Shown here: piece after piece, positions 26,101 to 38,100 of the stretch
Layout of the letters: every line of letters begins with the position of its first letter
How positions within the stretch are numbered: the stretch's first letter is position 1
Assembly (NCBI RefSeq): GCF_001194135.2
Contig: NC_068988.1
Location: 56,685,034-56,749,033, forward strand
Origin: Octopus bimaculoides
Lineage: Eukaryota
Direction of reading: 5' to 3'
DNA length: 64,000 bases
The notes under the pieces: model-generated
What the model was told of the DNA's origin: nothing
Seen by the model: the letters and a program-made list of their open reading frames with translations, nothing else
The model's database searches: none
Made by a program: the position numbers and the translations under genes

Positions 26101-29100
26101 TCCAAATAACATTTTTCATGCCTTCTTGTATTTTCTAAAATGTTATACTCTGTTAGTTCTTATGTTTGACTCCCAGACTCATTTTACCTATAATAATGAT
26201 GATAATAATAACGATCATTAATCATAATGAGCTGAAAGTTGAAGGCTATGTGAACATATATATATATATATTTCTTTTTTTTTTTTTTTTTTTGCTATCT
26301 CACCCATGTTTAATGCATTGGATTTCATTGTTCTACATGTTAAGTGCTTTCACATTAATGATATATATATATATCTTGTATTTCCAATGCAACATACACT
26401 TGTGTCTTTTTATAAAATATTTTTTCTTATTTTTGTATTAAATATTTTGATCACAGATAAGGCAACTGATTCAACCTCTATTAACTGACATTACTTGGTT
26501 ATATAATAATAATAATAATAAATAATAATAATAAATATTGTTGCATGATATGAAATTTTTTAGTTAGACAAGCAATTAGTAAGTCAGTAAAGGTCATTAG
26601 TATTTTCAGTAATTGTCACATTTTTTTCCCCCCCGTGAAATATTAACGGTTTGGAATTCTGTAATATTACTTACTAAATGTGCACTTTATCTTGAGAGTA
26701 ATAGTAATATAACTATATAATTCATCTTTTGTAAATCCCTCATTATGCTATGTACCTGGCAATTTCTCAGTAAAGAACCAATCTACTTCTTAATAAGTGT
26801 AACTCATTCCAATAAGCTTTTCACTGAAGTAATTTTGTAATTGTTCTCACATTTGTTAAAATTGTAAGTGTTCATAAGAATGTTTGGGTAGATTGCAGTT
26901 TGCCAGTCACTAGAGATAAGTTTTTATTTTTTTAACTTTTCTTTTTGCTTTTTTTTTTACATATAAATATTTTATACATCACATACTTTTAATTAATATT
27001 TAAAATTAATTTTTACTAGGTTTTTAGTTATTTCTGTTTAACTGTTAAATGAGATAAAATATAGCATCTATGATTAATTCATTTCCTTAATTTTTTTTTA
27101 ATAAGTTTATTAAATTCTAAGTAAATGTTTATATTAAGCATAATTTTATAATTAGCTTTATTGAGGAACTGTAAATAAATTAACAATTTTAAAAATATCA
27201 TTGTAATGAACTTTAAATAAGAAAGTAATAATTATTATCAGTTTCCTTCTAAATAATTTAAGTGTATTTTATTAGTTAGTAATCTTCATAGTTGTAACTC
27301 TCATATGTATATATATATATGTATCAACAATAGGTTTAAAACTTGTTAGAGCAGCTGTTCTATCTGTGATGTTGTATTTAACACAAGAGGCTGGTGAACT
27401 GCAAGTCAACCCAATTTTTATGATGTTCTAACTATTTAAAAAGTGTTTGAGTTTCAATATTTTTCTGATGAATAATTTTATGTCCCTTTCAAAAGAAAGC
27501 CTTGCAGTTACAGTCAAGTAAGGCCCGAGGTTGAATTTGTCGATGTGCAGTCTCAGTTGCATTGAGTTATGGATATTTCGTCAGCCATTCCAGACGAATT
27601 GCTCTGGCGCATACATAGCCAATAGGCTATATCAGTGACTGGTATTTGTTTCTTCTGTATCTTTTGTTTGAATGAACTTTGTTAGGGTTTTTACATGATA
27701 ATCTAATTGGGGTCATTCCATTCCATGTCATAATAACAACAACAATAACTGTTAGAAAATTTTGTAATTTTCACTTTTTAATCTTTTTTTTTAAAAAAAA
27801 GGTTCCACATAAATATATAGATATTTAGTTAAGTTTTTATTAAAAGTTAATATTAAATGTTAAATTTAATGCCTTATATTTCTATAATTTCTTAATAGTT
27901 GTTAGTTTAAAATATTTGCATATGATAATAATGTATTAGTCGTGTCAACTTTTAGAATCTTTTATGAATGATATTCCATTTGCATGTAAGTAATTTTGCC
28001 ATGTTTAATTTTTAGAACTACTTTTAGCTGTAGTTTACATATTTCACTTGTAATTTCACTTTTAATAGAAACTTCTGCAACTTATTTATAATCAAATTTA
28101 AGTAAGAAAATCAAAACTAAATCAAAGCTCACGAGCCCATTTTCTTTTACAATTGAATTTCTATTATGTGCAATTTTAATATTTTGCATAATTATTCCTT
28201 GTGGCTCATATTAAAACTGACAAAACCAAACTAATATCAGTTGATGTTACAAAGATATTTAACTTAAAATATTCAGTTGGCACTAAACGGCAATTTCTAT
28301 TGTTCTCAGTTAACATCTTTTATTAACATTGACAATTATTTTAAATTAATACAATCTTGCTAAAATAACATTATGTTTTAGTATGTTTTATAGCCTTCAG
28401 TTCTGTAATCTCTTTGAATATCTAAAACTTTGTAGTTAACTAAATAATCATTAAACATATTGATAGTGACTTTTTTTTGTTACTTTTCTTTTTGTGTATG
28501 GAATGACCCTGTCATATTAAGTTGAAGTTTACATATTAAAATTAGTAAACTTGGCTCATTGTGTGCGATTACTGATAATCTTAGTATGTTGGTGTGTGAA
28601 TGTTTCCACTCTTTATGCCACCAGCAGTCTAGAGTCACTTGCAGATAAAAACGAGTGATTCTTGTGAAACCAATATTGGCCTTGTATTTCTCAAGAGATT
28701 CATGTGCTGGTTGTTTACTTCTAAAATGTTCTATACATTCATATCTTATCTCCATGGACTTGATTTTTGTTCAAACCGTAATACTTTTAATTGGGATATC
28801 AATATGTCAGCATTGTTAGTGTTTTTATGAACCACTTAAACGGAAAGGTTTGTCAGACTTGTGAGTTTGATGAGCAGAAAGACCACTATCCTGTGCTGCA
28901 TGTATGTGTGTTTGTCTATCTATGCATTGGCATTCACCTACACAGATATGCTCTTGCCCACTAGAAAACAAAACGACACTTTCAGATTTCAGGCTCTGGC
29001 TAAAATCTTGAATTCATTTTTTAATTTCTTCATAATGGAATTAAAAAAATTTGTTATAAAAAAAAAAAGGTTCTTTCATTTTCGTTTGGTCTCCAGTCAT

Positions 29101-32100
29101 AAATCAGATAGGATGTTTTTAAAATTAACTAACAAAGAAGGATTAAACATTAAGATTTTAAGTCTAAAAGAAAAATTGGTTTACCCATAATGTAAACAAT
29201 TTTATAAATACATATTTGTTTTACAAACTGCTCAGTTACAAATGGACTTGGACTTTTCACTTATTTGTACTTCATTTTAAGTTGTAAAATTTGCAAGAGA
29301 CAAATTGATAATTTTGTTATGGGAAGAAAATTGATTCATAGCAGCCTGTTAGACATATCTATCTATCTATCTATCTAGATGTATTTCATTTCGATATATT
29401 ATATCTCAACATTGCTTTCATTTGCTTAAAACAAGTTCATGGAGAACAGATATGTTATTTCAATTGATTTTATCCATTTCTCCATCCCATGTGTATTTTT
29501 TGAAATCTGTTAAATATCATCCTACAAACTTATGTGTATATGTTTTAAGATAGACATTTATATCTATCCAGTTTGTGCAGTATTTTTATGGTGTTTGTGT
29601 GGGCATCCACCATTTAACTTTTGTACTTTGCAAGTGACAAATTCCACATGTATTATTTTAGCTACTGTATCATATGTTTCAGTATGTTTGTTTATATGTT
29701 TCACTTAATTATTTGTAGCTAGTAGTAATGATTGAAATATTTTGACCATTTAAATCTTTAATTCCTAATTATTCAACGTATGGTGAGCTTGTAATTTGAT
29801 TATTAATTTTATGAATAATAGCTGTTTCGCAGTAATGCCAATATACTTTACATTCAGACAGTGAAAAATACAATTACTATAATACACATATATACATGCA
29901 TGCAAATATACATACATGTATGTATGTGTGTATGTTTACATGCATGCATATGTATAATGTATGTATGTACATATGCATATATGTACATATATGTATATAC
30001 ATATGTATATGTATGTATTTACATATGTAGGTATGTGTGTATATATATCTGTGTCTGTATATATGTGTATATGCGTACGTATGCATATGTATGTTTGAAA
30101 ATATGCATGTGTATGTGTGTGCGTATTTGCTTATGTATGTGCATATATTTATGTACATGTGTGTATGTGTGTAGATGTTATGCATGTAGTTATGTATGTA
30201 GAAGTCTGCATTTATGAATTTTTATGTATATATATGTTTGTATGTCTATATTTGTGTGTATATATGTGTGTGTATGTATATGCATATGTATACAAGTTTG
30301 TGTGTGTGTTTATGTATATATTTGTATATATATATGTGTATATTTTTACACATGTATGTATGCTTATATATATGTGTGTGTGTACAGATGTGTGTGTGTA
30401 TGTATATATATATATGTATATACATACACGTGTACATGTGTACATATATATGCATTTGGGCTAGGATAATCGCAAACTTTTTTTTTTATATAAGAAAAGA
30501 AATTCAATTAAATTGCATTTTATTTATTTCTACATATAACTCATTGAAGAGTGATTTTATATAATGAAAATGATCAAAAATTATTTTGTACTTGTTATTA
30601 GCATACATTTGCAACAAGAACAACCGTAAAATTGCATTCCAATCTTTACGGTTTGTAATCACAATCAAATTAAGTACAAATGAGCAAGTTGTAAAATTTC
30701 AAATTGATAAAGAGAGTAAAAACAAAATCTACTACTTTTGATAATGTTGAATTTGATCATATTCCTATGATAATATGCAAAGTATTACCTTGTTTTATTT
30801 AAAACTTTCATATATTGAATAGCCAAAAAAAAGTACATCTAAACTTAACATATGTTGGCATCAAGACTGTTTCACACAATATATATATATACATACAAAA
30901 ACTAAACTCATAGCTGTTGAGAAAACACTAGTAATTTCAAAATTACCCACAATAGAAAATGCTTCTTTTTGTCTATAACTGTAGAAATCTTTGAATCTCA
31001 TTGAATATTATTATTATTATTATTTCTTCTACAATTAAAACTTCAACCAAAGCACAGGCCAGAGACAGCTGAGTAAAGCTGAGAGCTGCCAATACTGTAA
31101 TCATTTTTGTTTTTCAGAAATATTTTGGCCTTCACTTGGAGTTTAATCAAAAGAAAAAGAAAAGAAAAAAAAAATGAAAACTCTCCTTTTCTTTTGATAT
31201 TGACATCTTCATATTTTTGGTGTAATTTGTATATTGCCAAATTAAAAAATTTTTTTTTGTTTTTTGTTATTTTCTCCCTACATAGATATTGTTAGAAATA
31301 GGTAACTTTAAAGTTGATACACGTGTAACTACAATCTCCTGCTCCTTTTTAAATAGTGAAAGAATGAATGAATATCGAAATATCAAAGTCAATTCATTTT
31401 TCTACAAATTTTATCAGATATTATTTAGGTTCTTTAAAGTACTTCCTGGGTAGCCTTAGACATTCTGTAAAATTGTGTTATCAGTTTCTTTGTGTTTTCT
31501 CTGTTAGTGTCATGTTAGTTAAACTTACCTTAGTTTCTTAGGCTTTCTTTGTCAGTATGAAACACGTACACTTCACGGCTTGCAGGTAGATCTGAATATT
31601 TTTCAAATGAATATTTAAATGAAAACAATAGGGACTCTGTCAGAAACCCTGACACATACACACACAATATCAATGTGTCCTTAAAAATAAAAACAACAGC
31701 ATTGAATGAAAGAAAACTGTAGATAAGTAGTTCTATTTATTAAGCAGCATGACTAATTCTGAAGCTTTATGGAACCCACCTTTCCACAAAAAAGAAAGCT
31801 ATCTTTGTAGAAATTGAAGTTAAAGATTAGAGGTGTGTATATACATACACACACATACAATATACTAGTGTGGCCATGGTTCAAGAGTGAGCCACCTCTT
31901 ATAACACTTTTATAACACTTCTCATGCCTTCATGCAATTGTCAAGGCCCGAAGATTGCATGAAGGCACCATGTGTTAAAAAATGCTGAGTTGCTTTCATC
32001 ACATGAAACTATTAGTAGCTTAAAAATATATGTTTATTAAATAATACTTAACTCACCAGATGGAATACTTTTTTTGTTGGTCTTACCATCACAGAACAGT

Positions 32101-32523
32101 ACACACATACACACACACACATCATTCAGATGCCCTTCCTGTTGTAAACCCTTACCTGTTGTTCAGGCAAAGGAGTTTTCACTCTACCCATCTTTGAAAG
32201 TGAAGATCAGTATATATTTACACAGGAAGGATGTCAACAAGCATCATTGTTCCTAGGGTAGTGTAAACATTAACGTTGACATCCATCAATATACACACTC
32301 TCATGGAAAATTCTTGAATTGAACCATCAAGGATATCAGAAATTCAAAAATAGACTTTATACAAGTTAAGGATAACTGTAAAGGAAATTAATCATTGCAT
32401 GTTACAGATTTAATGCTTTTAGTGTAGAAACTCTGCTTTCTCTAATTCAGTAGCTCTTCAGATGAGCAACTGAATTAGTGAAAGCAAGTTTCTTTGCATG
32501 AGCATTGAATCTATACAATAAAA

Positions 32524-32559
<36 letters not shown>

Positions 32560-32824
32560 GAGCCTGGTGTAGCCATCTGGTTTCACCAGTCCTCAGTCAA
32601 ATCGTCCAACCCATGCTAGTATGGAAAGCGGGCGTTAAACGACGACGATGATGATGATGATATATATATATGCCAGGCTTTGTACATTTTCTGAACTACC
32701 ATTCTAGTTCACATTGTATTGGTCAGTCTGGGTCTATACTGGAAGGCATTTGTCCAAGGTGTCCAACCAATGAAACTGAACCCAACACCTTGTGTTCTAG
32801 AAGTGAACATCTTAGCCACACAGC

Positions 32825-32866
<42 letters not shown>

Positions 32867-33367
32867 CATGCACATGATTATAGACATGCATACAGAAGGG
32901 AGAGAGAGAGAGATAAAATTTGTTTTGTGTTTATTTTTCATGTTTGCAAGAATTAGATGAATATATTAGTGAGGCATTGTTCTATGTACAGTTGGTTGCC
33001 CTTGCTGTTACTAACCCTTATCTGCTACTCAAGCTATCTCATGTCACATGAGCCATAAAGCAGGTGGACAATTTGTTGACGAGAAATAACCACCCTTCTT
33101 ATCCCTGCTGTTGTCAGAAGACAAATATTGTTCAGCTACAGTGGTGGTATTGCTAAATGTAGCTGATATATTTTTGTGGTTTTTAACAATCTACATCTAT
33201 AAGAGGTACTATCCCTGGATGAATATACTACAGTTAATTAAGCTTTTTTTTATGTATCTGCTTTAAGTATGATGCACAAATTGCTACTTGTGTGTGTGAG
33301 CAAATATTGGGTCATCCCATAAACAATGTGTTTTTTTTTATACTTGCATGTGATCCATGCATGCATG

Positions 33368-33407
<40 letters not shown>

Positions 33408-33617
33408 GCACTGGTGATGATTTCACCTAAAAAGTACTGGTGTCACATAAAAAGCACACCGTAAAGTGGTTAGCATTAGGAAGGGCATCCAGCTGTAGTA
33501 ACCTTGCCAAAACAAAAAATGGAACATGGTGTAGGTCCTGGCCTTGCCAGCTTCTGTCAAATCATTCAACCCATGCCACCATGGAAAACAGATGTTAAAT
33601 GTTGATGTGATATATAC

Positions 33618-33673
<56 letters not shown>

Positions 33674-34633
33674 ACTCATACACATACATTGAAACATACG
33701 CACCAATTTAATGCTATTTCAGTCTTTGGCAATTCTATTCATTATTAATTATGAACATGAATGGCTTGGAACTGCATAGTGAATTAATTCTATAAAATGG
33801 ATAAAAAAATAACAGCACTCTACTTTTTGAATTATATTCAGTACTTTTGTGGTGTGAAAACTGTGTTCTTAAAAAGACATGCTCAAAAATAGATATGTTT
33901 ATGAATTGTTTCAAACGACTACCTAATTGTAATGAATTCTCCTGTAAAATGATTTTCCTGTCTGTTGTTAGCATTACCATCACTACTACTACTACTATCA
34001 GTTACTCGGTGTTCTTGATTTCATTTTGTAATTTTTTTTTTACCTTTTGCTTATAGTCTGAGAAGTTTAACAATCATTGACTTAAAAACAGATATTTCTT
34101 TGAAGAAAAATGGTTTAAAAAAAATCTCTTCTAATGAAGCAGGTAGGAAATGAATAAATAAGTCTATTTTGTGTAGACTGTTTATAAAATGTTATAAAAA
34201 AAAAAGATTTATTATGTTTTTTATGGGGATAGAATTTCAGTTTGTTATTTGGTCAATATAGAGTTTTATTGGACAGTTTTTGTCTTCAGTTGCAGACTTA
34301 TTAGGAAACCGGTTAAGATGTTAGAAAACTTTTGGTTTTTCTCCTCCACTCTGAACAGCAACGTTTATTGCTATGTTAGTCTGTTCAGTGTTTGATATTT
34401 GATAATTAGCAATTTGTATTGTATGTCTTTCGATTTCTACTCTATATTAAAGATTTAAAACTGTTGGCCACTACTTGAGAAAGCTGTAAAACAGTACTTC
34501 TCATGAGTATGACTTTGCTATTGGTGGTATTTGGCAGTTGCTTAGGAGCAGTTTGTAAAATAAATTGAATTTCTTTTGATGGGTGGAAATTATAGGAAAT
34601 TTTATCTGGGTTTTGCTATGTACACATACATGA

Positions 34634-34691
<58 letters not shown>

Positions 34692-35008
34692 ATATGCATG
34701 AGGGGGTGCTGAAAAGTTCCTGGCTTTGGGTACAAAAAAAAAAATACAGGAGGATCAGTTAATTAATGATTTTATTCAGCATGTTTTTCCCCTCTCAGAC
34801 TTACACACTTGGTGCAGCAGTCTTTCAGTTTTTCTAAGCCTTGTAAAAGAACTCTGAAGGTTGAACTTCCAACCAGGCCTTCTGCAATACCCTTAAAGCC
34901 AGGAACTTTTCAGCACCCCCTCATGTATGTATATATGTACACGTGTGTGTGTGTGTATATATATATATATATGGATGTGTGTGTATATGTATGTATGNNN
35001 NNNNNNNA

Positions 35009-35051
<43 letters not shown>

Positions 35052-35090
35052 GTGTGTGTATACATATATGTACGTACATACATATGCATG

Positions 35091-35137
<47 letters not shown>

Positions 35138-38100
35138 ACTAGAGTTTCTATATATTTTACTATATCTTTCATTACTTCAGTTGCTCATTTAAATTGGCAG
35201 GTAGTGTCTGTCTGTCTGTGTGTCTCTGTTTATAGCTTTGCAGTGTCAGCTGTAAACATTGAGACTAAATTTGAATATCAGACATTGATTTGAACTGAGA
35301 ATTATTTTTTTTATTAATTTATTATTTTTTTTCTCTAGTGAATAATTATTAACTAAATGTAGATTTTGGGTCAGATGTGTTTCACTTGTAATTAATGGTA
35401 ATTGGAGTTATGTGATTATTATACATTCCAACTTCAATTATAGTTTGGATTTGTCTACCTCACTCAAAACATGAATGAGTTCCATTACTTTTTCTGCCCG
35501 TTCTACAATGCATGGTATATAGCAATTATACCACAAAGAAACAATAATTACAACAGTAATTATTCTTTTATTCCTTTATTCTTTTACTTGTTTCAGTCAT
35601 CTGACTGCGGCCATGCTGGAACACTACCTTGGAGGGTTTTAGTCAAACAAACCGCCCCCAGGACTTATTTCTTAAGCCTAGTACTTATTGTTTGGTCTCT
35701 TGTCAAACTGCTAAGTTACAGGGACGTAAACAAACCAACAGTAGTTGTCAAGCACTGATGGGAGGACACGGACACACATAGATACACATGCATACACACA
35801 CACACACATCCACAAACACACACACACACGCACACGATGGGCTTATTTCAGGTTCTGTCTACCAAACCCACTCACAAGGCTTTGGCCAACCGAAGGCTAT
35901 AGTAGAAGACACTTGTCTAAGGTGCCACACTGTGGGACTGAACCTGGAACCATGTGGTTGGGAAGTAAGCTTCTTACCACACAGCCACCCTTGTGTGTAT
36001 ATGTTTATCCTAGTAATTTATGCACAAAGCCAGCGAATTTGATTATACTGACACCAGAGTATGACTAGTACTTTCATGCCCCTGGAGGAACGAAAGGCAA
36101 AGTTGTCCTCAGTGGGATTTGAACTCAGAATGTAAATAGATCAAATATTGCTAAAGGGATTTGACTCTCTTATGATTCTACCAATCCACTGTTTTAAATT
36201 GTTTGTTACTTATAAGGTCTGAAATTTTGGTGATAGGAATGCCAGCTGGGGTGAAGGGAGAATAGTGAAATTAATTTACCTCAGAACTTGACTGGTACTT
36301 TATTTTATTNNNNNNNNNNNNNNNNNNNNNNNNNNNNNNNNNNNNNNNNNNNNNNNNNNNNNNNNNNNNNNNNGATAGACATACGGATAGACATATAGAT
36401 AGATAGATATATAGACATACAGATAGACACACACACACACTTAGGGATGAGAAGCAAGTTTGGACTCAGAATCCAAAGAATCTGAACAAACAGTGCCTGG
36501 CATTTTATCCAGTTGTCTAACATTTTTGCCTTCCTTCCTCATTCTTTAATAAGTCAGTTGAGACAAAGTTCGTTTGAGTATCATTTCCATTCAGTTTCGA
36601 GAAGTTAGGGTTACAAGGCATTTATATTTCACTGTTATTATTTCCCCTTCATGTTTCACAAGCATTTCATTTATACGGTTTCGTTGATTTAAATTATAAT
36701 TTCTCTCAGTATCATTGGATAATCTTATCACATTTTCCTTCAATAAACCAATAAGAGAAGCTTATGTTTTGACCTCTGGCTGTTTCAGTGAAGGCTTGTA
36801 TGAAATTACGGAATATAGCAATGCTAACTTCAGTAACATGCAGTCTGTGTTTCTCAGGATTCAAAATTAAAATTTGTAGCTCATGGTATTTCTTATAGCT
36901 CGGAATTATCTCATGTTCATTTTGTTAATAGGCAGTTCAACTGTGAAACTAGTATTGGAGATAATTTCCTTCAATTTTGTTGATTTCAGTTTTATCTTTC
37001 TATAAGTTGTTTTGCCAGGTATTGATATGTTCGTTGATGATGACGATTGTTCTTATGGATTTGAACATAGAAATCTCTTTTTAAATATTGGGAGAAATGG
37101 GTGACAAATAAGTTCATTTAGATCTCAGTTTGTAAAAAAAGATCATTTTGTTTTTTCATGTAAAATATAATTTACAAGCTACCTTTACTATATTGTTTAT
37201 TTTCTTGTAACAAATATTAGGGATTATTTTTTATTTTTGTATGTGTGTGTGATTTTGTTTTTAATTTTCTTTACTTTTCAGCTTTTTAGAATTAGTCTGA
37301 CAGAATCATTACTGTTTGTAATCATTTGGATTTAAAATTTCTGTAGTTAGTTCTAAGTGAAACGATGAGTTATATTTTTTTCTTCGTTTTTGCTATTCCA
37401 CTGTTGTCATACAGCCTCGATATTCACTGATCCATTGGTCAGAGGAGATTCTCTCCCTCCTAACATTTGTCAAGACATTGTTTATACATATAATACCGTG
37501 GTCAGGTATTTTACTTGACTTTTGCTTCTTAAACATTGTTTAATTTGTTCTGATTGCTGTTTTGTGTATAGTTGTATACATTGTGCTATGCACTGTTGCT
37601 CTGGTGCCTCTTTTCTTAATTGTGGCACAAGCAACACGACCATTGTGACAATATTTGAGAATTATCCAAATATATCTTCACATTAAATGAGAATGAAGAA
37701 AGAAAAATGCTTTTAATTTGAATTTCAACTTGTTTCTGTACAGAAATATGTGTGCACACTCACTCACTCACTCACTCATACATATACATATACATATGCA
37801 CTCACACATACCAATACATGCACTAATCACAAAATTCAACTTTGCTGTTTTATCTATAATATATTTCTCCACAGCTAAACATGTCAGTTGTGTCCCTTAT
37901 GTCAGTGAATAAATAATATGCGTGGTGCAGCTCTCTTTCAGTTTTTTCTCTGCATTCCATTCAGTTGATATGCCTTGCTTGATCTTAGTGTTTTTCCGTT
38001 ACAGTTGAAAGCCGAGTTTATGCAGCTTCTGAAAGAGACTTCAATTATTGAACGTAATTCTCGCTGGAGTGAAATCAAGAAAAAGATCGATTCCGATCCT

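Noticed and set aside
27400-27660. Possible intronic snoRNA or hammerhead ribozyme (TGATG/CTGA-like words)
   Set aside because: No canonical C box with terminal stem, H/ACA layout or hammerhead core could be assembled by eye; an Infernal/Rfam scan would be needed.
29861-30564. Many Cys/Val/Tyr/His/Thr-rich ORFs, also at 34921-35293 and 62529-63294
   Set aside because: Translations of TA/TG/CA/GA microsatellites.
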